Below, in pieces: positions 25,696 through 34,158 of a stretch of 39,285 nucleotides of DNA. Below the pieces are notes generated by a model, which did not search any database, was not told the origin of the DNA, and saw only the letters and a list, made by a program, of their open reading frames with translations. A program made the position numbers and the translations under genes. Numbering within the stretch: the stretch's first letter is position 1; each line of letters starts with the position of its first letter. The stretch lies in assembly GCA_964196045.1 (NCBI GenBank), contig CAXMRH010000153.1:1-39285 (forward strand), read 5' to 3'. Origin of the DNA: an uncultured Chthoniobacterales bacterium. Lineage in GTDB: Bacteria > Actinomycetota > Acidimicrobiia > Acidimicrobiales > SHLQ01.

Positions 25696-26628
25696 TCAGT
25701 TGTTATGGCTGGGGCGGCCGTTGCCGTCTTGCGGGGTGCCGAACATGTTCGAGTTCAGGCGAGCATCGTTGCAAATCTGACGCATGACATCGCCGAGGCC
25801 TTCTGGATCATCGCTCTGCGATCCGTGGGGTCCAAGGACCCAACCTTCGGCAACGCCGACACGATCGCCCACGACATCGAAGACTCGTCCGGTGATGCTC
25901 GCGGACTCGGAAGACGCAAGCCAGGTAGCCACGTTGGCGATCCAGCGAGGGTCCATGCCGCCGATCTGCTCTTCAGTGAGATCCGAGAAGCCAGGCAGGT
26001 CTTTGGTCATGCGGGTGTAGGCCGCAGGTGCGATGGCGTTGCAGGTGACTCCGTAGTTTGCGAGCTCCATGGCAACGATGGTTGTGAAGGAGGCAATGCC
26101 TGCCTTGGCTGCGCCGTAGTTGGACTGGCCGACGTTGCCGTAGATGCCCGAAGGGGACGAGGTGTTGATGATTCTGGCATCTGGTTGATTGCCGGCCTTG
26201 GACTGTTCACGCCAGTACTTTGCTGCGTGGTGGGTGGGGCCGAAGGTGCCCTTCAGGTGCACGGCGATGACCGCGTCCCAATCGGATTCCTCCATCTTGA
26301 AGATCATTCGGTCGCGCAAGATACCTGCGTTGTTGATGAGGATGTCGAGCCCACCGAAGGTGTCGATTGCTTGGTGGATCATGGCCTCTGCCTGACCGAA
26401 GTCAGCAACATTGGAGCCATTGACGACGGCCTCGCCCCCGAGCGCAGCGATCTCGTCGACCACGGACTGCGCTGGCGTGACGTCGCCGCCAGCACCGGCC
26501 ATGTCTCCGCCGAGATCGTTCACGACTACCTTTGCACCCTTGCTGGCGAGCGATAGTGCGTGCTCGCGGCCGATCCCTCGACCAGCCCCAGTAACGATCG
26601 CCACTCGACCCTCAACCAAACCGCTCAT
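25696..26628 (-). CDS. SDR-family oxidoreductase (classical NAD(P)-binding type)
   Basis: 310 aa with TGAGRGIG, NNAG and the S...YxxxK triad (SNYGAAKAG). Confidence 0.9.
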   Translation of the reverse strand: MSGLVEGRVAIVTGAGRGIGREHALSLASKGAKVVVNDLGGDMAGAGGDVTPAQSVVDEIAALGGEAVVNGSNVADFGQAEAMIHQAIDTFGGLDILINNAGILRDRMIFKMEESDWDAVIAVHLKGTFGPTHHAAKYWREQSKAGNQPDARIINTSSPSGIYGNVGQSNYGAAKAGIASFTTIVAMELANYGVTCNAIAPAAYTRMTKDLPGFSDLTEEQIGGMDPRWIANVATWLASSESASITGRVFDVVGDRVGVAEGWVLGPHGSQSDDPEGLGDVMRQICNDARLNSNMFGTPQDGNGRPSHNN

Positions 26629-26687
26629 GATGTGCTCCTCGTACAGAAAGACTCAGGCCGAATCTTACCGCCCGGTAACCTCTATTT

Positions 26688-26800
26688 CCCGCTTGTTCCT
26701 CGCTCCCGGCAATCGCACATTCGCCGCCGGCTCGGTGTGCTCTGCGGCTGCGCCCGAGGCGGAGCCCGGTCGTTCGTCCCTCACTCCCTCCGGAGCTGGC
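26688..26800 (-). repeat. Intergenic repeat 'R module', copy B
   Basis: The reverse complement aligns with 4910-5022: both ends are conserved and the centre is divergent. It ends about 60 nt upstream of the SDR start codon. Confidence 0.75.
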
Positions 26801-26854
26801 GTCCTTCCGTGCGTATAGGGGAGGCTGTTGGTCTCGCCGAGCAACGTACGGCGT

Positions 26855-26871
26855 AAGGGGTCAGGCCCCTT
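26855..26871. repeat. Hairpin aagggg-tcagg-cccctt, sister copy of the 26922-26938 hairpin
   Basis: The near-identical 17-mer aaggggtcagRcccctt occurs twice, 67 nt apart, within the ~200-bp segment that separates the L and R modules at this locus. Confidence 0.6.
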
Positions 26872-26917
26872 TGTCCGAAATCGTTGAATTTCGAAGGGTT
26901 TAGCTGTCGTCTCGGGC

Positions 26918-26938
26918 AAAAAAGGGGTCAGACCCCTT
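26918..26938 (-). terminator. Intrinsic terminator, probably for prfC
   Basis: On the minus strand, aaggggt-ctg-acccctt is followed directly by tttttg. It lies about 140 nt downstream of the prfC stop. Confidence 0.6.
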
Positions 26939-27007
26939 CACCAGTGGGTGCGATGTTTCAGCCCGCCAGGGATGGAACTCGGTCAGCGAACGTAGTGAGC
27001 GGCCGGG

Positions 27008-27066
27008 AGCGGAGCTCGCGTAGCGACCATGTCGGTTTCCGCGGATCTCGACCGGCAGCGTCGAGA
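27008..27066 (-). repeat. Intergenic repeat 'L module', copy B, in the prfC 3' region
   Basis: The minus strand reads tctcgac-gctgccg-gtcgaga then tccgcggaaaccgacatggtcgctacgcgagctccgctc. It has the same stem as copy A with a different loop. It starts 14 nt after the prfC stop and lies in the same orientation as prfC. Confidence 0.8.
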
Positions 27067-27079
27067 ACAAGACAGGTCG

Positions 27080-28672
27080 CTAGCTCTCTCCGGCGACGAG
27101 TTTCTCCAGGACGAGTTCTGGGCGTTCTCCGATGAGGCGATCCAGCCAGTAGGGGCTCTCGAAGAGTGCGAGAAGTGTTCCATCTGAGCGCTCAAGTACA
27201 TCGACACCTTGCATGGAGCGGAGATCTCGAGTTGATGCTTCGTCGGTGACGCGGGCAACGGAATAGTTGGTCATCGACAGCTCGACCGGGGCGCCGAACT
27301 CGTTCTCGAGCCGGTGCGTGGCCACTTCGAACTGCATTGGGCCCACGGCGGCGAGAACCGGTGCCTGATCACCGATGTCGGGATCGCGCAGCACCTGGAC
27401 CACACCCTCTTCATCGAGCTGCGATACTCCTTTGCGAAACTGTTTGAACCTGCTGGTATCGGTGACACGGGCGATCGCAAAGTGTTGTGGGGCGAACGAT
27501 GGAATCCCGGGGAACTCCACCTTGTCCTCTTGCCACAAGGTGTCGCCGATCCGCACGTCGTTCGCGTTCACGAGGCCGACGATGTCGCCGGGCCAGGCTT
27601 CGTCGAGCGTCTCGCGGTCGGTTCCGAACGCGGTGTGGGCGTACTTGGTGGCGAGCGGCTTTCCCGTCGCCTGATGGGTTACGACCATGCCTCGCTCGAA
27701 CCTGCCAGAACACACGCGGAAGAAGGCCGTGCGGTCTCGGTGAGCCTTATCCATATTGGCCTGCACCTTGAACACGAACCCGGAAAAAGGTGCATCGAGG
27801 GCTCGGTCGGTGCCGGTTGCATCCTCTTTCGGCAATGGTGACGGAGTCAGGTCCACGACAGCGTCCAGCAGGAGCCGAACACCGAAGTTCGTGAGTGCTG
27901 ACCCGAAGAACACCGGCGTGGTTACGCCGGCGAGGAAAGTCTCCTCGTCGTACTCGGCGCCGACGGCTTCGAGCAGGCCGAGTTCTTCCACGGCGTCTTG
28001 GTAGGGATCGCCCTCTTCTCTCATGGCACGTTCGGGTTCCACAATCTCTTCAGGTGCGATCGTGGCACCACGGGCGGTTCGGGTGAATCGAACGAAGTCT
28101 CCGGTGCGCTGGTCGAGAACTCCCCGGAATCCTTCAGAGGAACCGACAGGCCAGGACAAGGGCGTGGGGGTCAGGGCGAGTTGTTTCTCGATGTCGTCGA
28201 GGATTTCCAGCGGCTGGAGCGAGGGACGATCCCATTTGTTCACGAACGTGAGGATCGGGATTTCTCGGTCGCGGCACACTTCGAAGAGCTTCAGCGTCTG
28301 TGGCTCGATTCCCTTGGCTCCATCGAGCACCATGATTGCGGCGTCGGCGGCAGCGAGAACTCGGTACGTGTCCTCGGAAAAGTCGCGGTGACCTGGGGTG
28401 TCGAGCAGGTTGATTATGTGGTCCCGGTAAGGAAACTGAAGCACGGTCGAGGTGATCGAGATGCCTCGTTGTTGTTCCAGCTCCATCCAGTCAGATGTTG
28501 CAGATCGTCGACCGGAGCGAGCCTTCACGGACCCGGCCTCTGTGCCGAGCGCACCTCCGTAGAGGAGGAACTTCTCCGTGAGCGTGGTTTTGCCGGCGTC
28601 AGGGTGCGAGATGATCGCAAAGGTCCGACGGCGGTTCGCCTCGGAAAGCACCTGGTCTGAAGAGGTCACCAC
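27080..28672 (-). CDS. prfC: Peptide chain release factor 3
   Basis: 530 aa with RRTFAIISHPDAGKTTLTEKFLLYGGA (G1 motif) and DTPGHRDF, and overall RF3 length. Confidence 0.95.
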   Translation of the reverse strand: MVTSSDQVLSEANRRRTFAIISHPDAGKTTLTEKFLLYGGALGTEAGSVKARSGRRSATSDWMELEQQRGISITSTVLQFPYRDHIINLLDTPGHRDFSEDTYRVLAAADAAIMVLDGAKGIEPQTLKLFEVCRDREIPILTFVNKWDRPSLQPLEILDDIEKQLALTPTPLSWPVGSSEGFRGVLDQRTGDFVRFTRTARGATIAPEEIVEPERAMREEGDPYQDAVEELGLLEAVGAEYDEETFLAGVTTPVFFGSALTNFGVRLLLDAVVDLTPSPLPKEDATGTDRALDAPFSGFVFKVQANMDKAHRDRTAFFRVCSGRFERGMVVTHQATGKPLATKYAHTAFGTDRETLDEAWPGDIVGLVNANDVRIGDTLWQEDKVEFPGIPSFAPQHFAIARVTDTSRFKQFRKGVSQLDEEGVVQVLRDPDIGDQAPVLAAVGPMQFEVATHRLENEFGAPVELSMTNYSVARVTDEASTRDLRSMQGVDVLERSDGTLLALFESPYWLDRLIGERPELVLEKLVAGES

Positions 28673-28747
28673 TCAAGCCAAGCGCCTCGGCTCATGTTTT
28701 CCACACGTGGTGGCTCCTCGGTCGTCACCGGGCCCAGGTGAAGCTGA

Positions 28748-29791
28748 TCAGCTTGACCTGGCGGCCAGGAACTCTGCAAGCTCGATAAGACGAAGTCCAG
28801 CATCCGCAGCGAGGTCGGCTGATTCGATGGCGGCTATCGCCTCGGTCGTGAGTGCGTCGATCTGCTGCTCGACCTCGGCGAGGGCCCCACTGTCCCGCAG
28901 GATCGACTGCAACTCGGTGACTTGGGTGTTTGAGAGGTCGGTTCCCGCCAGGCTGAGCTTCTCGGTCTGGTCGGGGGTTGCGAGATGACGGGCCCGAGCG
29001 AGCAGCGGTGTGGGCTTACCTTCGCGAAGATCGTCGCCGACTGGCTTGCCCGTTACCTCGGGTTCGCCGAAGGCGCCAAGGATGTCGTCTCGAAGCTGGA
29101 AGGCGATCCCAAGGGGCGTGCCGATGTGTCCAAGAACTGCTTCCAAATCGGTGCGTCCGGTGAGGGCGGCACCCATCTGTAGTGGGCGGACGATCGTGTA
29201 CCGAGCAGTCTTGTACTCGACAATTCGTTCGGCCGTTTCTAGCGAAACATCGCCCCGGGCGGTGCCGACGACGTCGAGGAATTGTCCGAGGTTCACTTCG
29301 ACGCGAAGGTCGTTCCACAACGTTCGAACCTCGGGCCCAACATCGTGGAGCAACACGTCGGACAGGACGAGCGAGACGTCACCAGCCAAGATCGCCACCG
29401 CTTCGCCGTAACGGCGCGCCTCGCCGCGCCAACCGTTCGCTTCATGTAAGCGGATCGCACGTACATGAGCAGTTGGGGCGCCACGTCGGGTAGGGGAGCC
29501 GTCCATGACGTCGTCGTGAAAGAGCGCGAAGGCCTGAAGGAGCTCGAGTGCTGCGCCGAGATTGGCGACCGCACCTATCGATCCGTCGCCTCCAGCTCCC
29601 ACGTATCCCCAATAGGCCATGGCAGGGCGAACCCTTTTCCCGCCAGCCAGAACGAGCGTTTCCAGCAGGTCGATCGTCTCGCCGAACAGCGGGTCGAGGG
29701 TTCCCCACTCGGCGCGGTATTGGTCCAAGATTTCCGACAGGCGCGCATCGACCTGACCCGCAGGGATGAGCAGGGCTGTAGGGGTGGTCAC
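28748..29791 (-). CDS. Polyprenyl diphosphate synthase (GGPP-synthase-like, IdsA/IdsB type)
   Basis: Contains FARM (LFHDDVMD) and SARM (FQLRDDILGAFGEPEVTGKP). It overlaps the xseB stop by 4 nt. Confidence 0.85.
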   Translation of the reverse strand: MTTPTALLIPAGQVDARLSEILDQYRAEWGTLDPLFGETIDLLETLVLAGGKRVRPAMAYWGYVGAGGDGSIGAVANLGAALELLQAFALFHDDVMDGSPTRRGAPTAHVRAIRLHEANGWRGEARRYGEAVAILAGDVSLVLSDVLLHDVGPEVRTLWNDLRVEVNLGQFLDVVGTARGDVSLETAERIVEYKTARYTIVRPLQMGAALTGRTDLEAVLGHIGTPLGIAFQLRDDILGAFGEPEVTGKPVGDDLREGKPTPLLARARHLATPDQTEKLSLAGTDLSNTQVTELQSILRDSGALAEVEQQIDALTTEAIAAIESADLAADAGLRLIELAEFLAARSS

Positions 29792-30039
29792 TCGTCGTCG
29801 CCGAGCTCTTCGAGGTCGGCGACGATCTGCTCGACCTGCGTCCGGGCAGACGTGATTCGGCTTCGACAGAACCGAATGAGTACGGAGGCCCGCTCCACTC
29901 GTTCGGCGAGGACGTCGACGTCGAGCGCTTCGTCTTCGAGTTCGAGCAAGATGTCGTCGAGCTCGGCCACGGCGGACGAATAGTCGAGCTCGGGCCTGTC
30001 GGGTGAGGAGCTGGGTGCGTCGGGATCAGTGGTGCTCAT
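29788..30039 (-). CDS. xseB: Exodeoxyribonuclease VII small subunit
   Basis: 83-aa helical acidic protein (YSSAVAELDDILLELEDEALDVDVLAERVERASVLIRFCRSRI). It overlaps the xseA stop by 4 nt. Confidence 0.85.
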   Translation of the reverse strand: MSTTDPDAPSSSPDRPELDYSSAVAELDDILLELEDEALDVDVLAERVERASVLIRFCRSRITSARTQVEQIVADLEELGDDE

Positions 30040-31337
30040 GGTTGATCTTCCTGAGTGCGCTCGGCGAGCGTGACGTTGCTGATGATCGATCCGTCGACCA
30101 GCGCGGTGACCAGTGTGTCTCCTGGCTTGGCCTGATCGACAGATCGGAGGACTTCTCCGTCAGAGGTTGTGGTGATCGACCACCCGCGGCGGAGCAGAAC
30201 TGCCGGATCTGCAGCCCGCACCCGAGCGTCGAGATGTTCGAGTCGGGTCTCGGCTGAACGGAGTGTGCGATCGACGGTCTTCGGGAGCTGTCGCGATCGC
30301 ACAGTAAGGCGATGGTCCGCGAGTTGGAGGCCTTCACGGCCGGCGAGGGCACCGCGCCGGGCGATGGCGGCGAGGCGTTGTTGGGCCAGACGAGATTGTG
30401 CGTGTGCCACGACTGAGATTGCCTCCCACGAGCCCTCGACGTGTTCGACATATCGGCCGACGGCTCGACAGAGCTGGGCCGCGACTGCCGTTGGTGTCTT
30501 CAACGAGGTGTGGGCAACGACGTCGGCCACGGACCGGTCCACTTCGTGGCCGATACCCGTGAGGACCGGCACCGGGGCGCTGGCGATCGCACGAGCGAGT
30601 TGTTCGTTGTCGAACACCGCGAGGTCGCCGCGCGAGCCGCCACCACGGATGAGCACGATCACGTCCACGCTCTCGCGATACATCGCACGAAGACCGCCGA
30701 TGAGAGTGCTCGCCGCCAGGTCACCCTGGACCCTGCTGTCGCAGACGACGACTCGAAACGCGAACCCGGTGCTCTCGAGCTCGGTGAGGAAGTCTGCAGC
30801 TGCGGCGCTGCCTGTACTTGTGATCAGACCGACTCGAAGGGGAACCAGTGGAAAGGGGAGCGCTTTGTTCTGCTCGGTCACACCTTCGGAGTGCAATCGA
30901 GCGATCAGCGCATCTCGTTCGGCCGCCATCGCTGCCAGGATGTACCGCGGGTCGATGCCGGTCATCCGAAGCTGCAGTCGGCCTTGCGGCGGGTAGTAGT
31001 CGACGGCGGCTTTGATGCGTACGGCCATCCCGTCCACCAGTCGGCCGACGTTCTGGCGTTTGAGCTGATTGTTGACGATCTGTTTCGTCTGGCTGAACAG
31101 CACGACCGACAGCCGGGCTGTCGATGGCGTTCCTGGTGTCGCTGGCTCGACCAGGTCGAAGTACACGTGGCCAGCCCGCGACCGGTTCAGGTTCGAGATC
31201 TCGCCTTCGACCCAAAGGTCGTCCGGAAAGATCTGCTCCATGGCCCCGGCGATGATCGAGCCAAGTTGCACGACAGTGAAGCTCGGTTCATCACGCGGCG
31301 GAGCTGGGACCTCGGTATTGAACAGCGGTGTATCCAC
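30036..31337 (-). CDS. xseA: Exodeoxyribonuclease VII large subunit
   Basis: 433 aa with an N-terminal OB-fold pattern (LWVEGEISNLNRSRAGHVYFDL) and a catalytic core (VIVLIRGGGSRGDLAVFDNE, TGIGHEVD). Confidence 0.92.
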   Translation of the reverse strand: MDTPLFNTEVPAPPRDEPSFTVVQLGSIIAGAMEQIFPDDLWVEGEISNLNRSRAGHVYFDLVEPATPGTPSTARLSVVLFSQTKQIVNNQLKRQNVGRLVDGMAVRIKAAVDYYPPQGRLQLRMTGIDPRYILAAMAAERDALIARLHSEGVTEQNKALPFPLVPLRVGLITSTGSAAAADFLTELESTGFAFRVVVCDSRVQGDLAASTLIGGLRAMYRESVDVIVLIRGGGSRGDLAVFDNEQLARAIASAPVPVLTGIGHEVDRSVADVVAHTSLKTPTAVAAQLCRAVGRYVEHVEGSWEAISVVAHAQSRLAQQRLAAIARRGALAGREGLQLADHRLTVRSRQLPKTVDRTLRSAETRLEHLDARVRAADPAVLLRRGWSITTTSDGEVLRSVDQAKPGDTLVTALVDGSIISNVTLAERTQEDQP

Positions 31338-31348
31338 GACGCGCGAGG

Positions 31349-33301
31349 TTAGTTGTCCGCTATGACGTCGACTCGGAGCAGGTTCTCGTACAGGGTGTCG
31401 TAGAGACCTGACAGGTCACGAAGTTCCTGGTGGGTGCCCTGCTCGACGACCCGTCCGTCGTCGACCACGATGATCTGATCTGCTGACGTGATCGTCGAGA
31501 GTCGATGGGCAATTACGAGCGAAGTCCGACCTTTGAGGGCATGTTCGAGCGCCTGTTGGATCAGGTGCTCGTTCTCGGTGTCGAGGTGACTCGTCGCTTC
31601 GTCGAGGATGACGATCGCGGGGTCTTTGAGAAGCATGCGAGCAATCGCCAGACGTTGTTTCTCGCCGCCAGAGAGTCGGTAACCGCGTTCGCCGACGACC
31701 GTGTCGAAGCCATCGGGGAGGTCGGCGATCACCTGGTGGATTCTTGCCGCCTTCGTGGCCTCGACTAGCTGTTCCTCCGTCGCGGTGGGGTTGGCGTACC
31801 GAAGGTTCGCGCCGACGGTGTCGTGGAACATGTGCGGGTCCTGGTTCACGACTCCGATCGATCTCCTGAGACTGTCCTGAGTGACGCCCCGGATGTCTTG
31901 ACCGTCGACCTCGATCGAACCGCCCGATACGTCATAGAGACGCGGGACCAGGTTGAGCAGCGTGGACTTACCCCCGCCGGAAGGGCCGACGATGGCCACG
32001 AGTTGCCCAGCCTCGATCTCGAGGTCGACTCCGTGCAGCACTTCACGTTCGACGCCGTTGCCGCTGTAGGTGGGAGCGTCGGTAAGAGGGATGAGACCAG
32101 TACCGATTCGGCTGCCGGCGCCACGAGTCGGTAGACGGCGAGTGGTGCTGTCTTCGAGCGATGCGATGGTTGACTCATCGGCGCTCGGGTAAGTGAAGAC
32201 CACGTCGCGGAACGCCACATTGCCCTTGACGTTCGTGAGTTCGGTTGCATCGGCAGCATCGACGATGGGGTTGGACATGTCAAGAATCTCGAAGACACGC
32301 TCGAATGAGACCAACGCACTGGTCACGTCGACACGCGCGTTGCTAAGGGCCGTCAATGGTAGGTACACGCGCACCACCAACAGACTGAGTACGGCCAGGT
32401 TGCCGAGGGTGATGGTCTCGTTGATCACCATGCGGCCGCCAATCCAGTAGATCGCAGCAGTGCCCAATGCGCCCACCAGGGTCATTGCGGTCATGAACAC
32501 GCGGGCCAACATCGCGGAGCGGATGCCGATGTCGCGAACTCGTGCGGCTCGGCTCGAGAAGTCGTCTGCTTCGACACGTGGCTGGCCGAAGAGTTTCACG
32601 AGCATGGCGCCGCTCACGTTGAAACGCTCGGTCATGGTCGTGTTCATCGAGGCGTTCAGCTCCATCGATTCCCGGGTGATCTCGGCCATGCGGACGCCGA
32701 CCCTGCGGGAGGGAATGAGGAAGAACGGCAGGATGACCAGGCTGAGGAGCGTCAGCCGCCACTCGATGGCGAACATCGTGACCAGCGTGATGCCGAGGTT
32801 GATGACGTTGCCGATGACCGTTGACAGAAAGGTCGTGAAGGCACGCTGAGCGCCGATGACGTCGTTGTTCAGGCGCGAGATGAGGGCGCCGGTCTGGGTC
32901 TGGGTGAAGAAACCAAGGGGCATGTCCTGCACGTGGCGGAAGAGCTTGTCTCGAAGGTCGTAGATGATTCCTTCGCCGATTCGGCTTGACAGCCACCGTT
33001 CGATCATCGAAATGCCCGCCGACAAGATTGCGGCCCCTACGACGATGATGCCGAGCACGTTGAGGCGAGAGCGATCCCCGGTTTCTTGACCGATGGGGAT
33101 TGCGTTGTCGATGATGTCACCGAATGCAAGTGTCGGAACGAGGCCGATGATCGTGCCGAGGATTATCAGGAAGATGAACCCGACGATCATTCGGCGATAC
33201 GGTCCGGAGAAACCCCAGACGCGGGCGACGGTTTTTCGGTCGATGCCCTTGGGGTCTTCGGCGCCAGTGCTCATCGAGTGCAGAATCTGCATGGGATGCA
33301 T
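31349..33301 (-). CDS. ABC exporter, fused TMD-NBD (MsbA/MdlB-like)
   Basis: 650 aa with six TM helices, then Walker A (GPSGGGKST), the signature LSGGEKQR and Walker B (ILDEATS). An extended loop is present at the start of the NBD. Confidence 0.9.
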   Translation of the reverse strand: MHPMQILHSMSTGAEDPKGIDRKTVARVWGFSGPYRRMIVGFIFLIILGTIIGLVPTLAFGDIIDNAIPIGQETGDRSRLNVLGIIVVGAAILSAGISMIERWLSSRIGEGIIYDLRDKLFRHVQDMPLGFFTQTQTGALISRLNNDVIGAQRAFTTFLSTVIGNVINLGITLVTMFAIEWRLTLLSLVILPFFLIPSRRVGVRMAEITRESMELNASMNTTMTERFNVSGAMLVKLFGQPRVEADDFSSRAARVRDIGIRSAMLARVFMTAMTLVGALGTAAIYWIGGRMVINETITLGNLAVLSLLVVRVYLPLTALSNARVDVTSALVSFERVFEILDMSNPIVDAADATELTNVKGNVAFRDVVFTYPSADESTIASLEDSTTRRLPTRGAGSRIGTGLIPLTDAPTYSGNGVEREVLHGVDLEIEAGQLVAIVGPSGGGKSTLLNLVPRLYDVSGGSIEVDGQDIRGVTQDSLRRSIGVVNQDPHMFHDTVGANLRYANPTATEEQLVEATKAARIHQVIADLPDGFDTVVGERGYRLSGGEKQRLAIARMLLKDPAIVILDEATSHLDTENEHLIQQALEHALKGRTSLVIAHRLSTITSADQIIVVDDGRVVEQGTHQELRDLSGLYDTLYENLLRVDVIADN

Positions 33302-33381
33302 GTGTCGAGGCTATGCCTCAATTCGCTGCGGCCAGCCGCAGACGCCTCGTGCAGGCGCCGCGGCGAGCTACAGGTCGGTGC

Positions 33382-33741
33382 CTACTTGGCGAGACGGTCG
33401 CGGATCTCGGTGAGGAGATCGATTTCAGATGGTCCACCCACTGCTTCTTCCTCAGCTTCGTTCGTCTTGTTGTATGCCTTCACGAGGAAGAACATCACGA
33501 TTGCCACGAGCATGAAGCCGACGACCGTTGTGATCCATCGTCCGACAAGGATGTCTGCATCGCCGAGACCGATGCTGATGCTGTCGAAGTTCGGCTCGCC
33601 GACGATGGCGGCGATGATCGGCATGATGATGTTGTCGATGAACCCCGTCACGACGGGCGCAAATGCGAGCGCCAAGATCAGGCCTACCGCCGTTTCGAAG
33701 ATGTTGCCGTTGTTGATGAAGTCCTTGAATTCTTGAATCAC
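33382..33741 (-). CDS. mscL: Large-conductance mechanosensitive channel
   Basis: 119 aa. MIQEFKDFINNGNIFETAVGLILALAF...IDNIIMPIIAAIVG matches the canonical MscL N-terminus and TM1. Confidence 0.92.
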   Translation of the reverse strand: MIQEFKDFINNGNIFETAVGLILALAFAPVVTGFIDNIIMPIIAAIVGEPNFDSISIGLGDADILVGRWITTVVGFMLVAIVMFFLVKAYNKTNEAEEEAVGGPSEIDLLTEIRDRLAK

Positions 33742-33923
33742 GGAGATCCTCCCCAGATTTCAGCGACCCGGTGTCGGCTCGCTGCGGGCGCACTTTGCCC
33801 ACCGCCGCCGAGACTGTAGTGAGGAAGGCGGAAGCGCAAAAGTCCAACATGCGCAAAGTGCTCGCCCGCCGGCCTGGCCTGCCCACCGGCCTGGCGGGAC
33901 CGAGCGATGCGGACAAAATAGAT

Positions 33924-34063
33924 CACGCCCGCTTTCGGGAGTGACGGCCAGGCGATCTGCGGCACACGGCAGGCCTCGCTGAGAGCTGCTGCCTTCCGGC
34001 CCTGACCCGGTTCACGAGCTCCCGTTGCACAGGACCCGACCGTCACACCCCAAAGCGGGCGTG
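33924..34063. repeat. 140-bp element bounded by 24-nt imperfect inverted repeats (MITE-like or a long-stem structured RNA)
   Basis: The left arm is cacgcccgctttcgggagtgacgg (33924-33947). The right arm is ccgtcacaccccaaagcgggcgtg (34040-34063). They are complementary at 22 of 24 positions. The element lies in the 417-bp spacer between the divergent mscL and the HHDH-like gene. Confidence 0.6.
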
Positions 34064-34158
34064 CACCAAGTTTACTCAGTGAGAGCCGCTTTCGGTCAGT
34101 CGCGTCCTACGCCACGCAACGAGTTCGACGGGCAACCTCGTGGGACTACGGTGCAGAG

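Noticed and set aside
25705-26556. 283-aa plus-strand ORF
   Set aside because: It is antisense to the SDR gene, which has intact TGxxxGxG and YxxxK motifs.
28748-29791. The polyprenyl synthase as part of a retinal/carotenoid cluster serving the heliorhodopsin
   Set aside because: It is in an operon with xseA-xseB, 8 kb from the rhodopsin, and has no crtB, crtI, crtY or blh neighbours. This looks like housekeeping isoprenoid synthesis, so no functional link can be supported.
30169-31352. Two long plus-strand ORFs (275 and 303 aa)
   Set aside because: Both are antisense to xseA and are shadow ORFs.
33086-33819. Plus-strand ORFs of 216 and 168 aa over mscL
   Set aside because: They are antisense to the unmistakable mscL gene and the 5' end of the ABC exporter, and have low-complexity composition.
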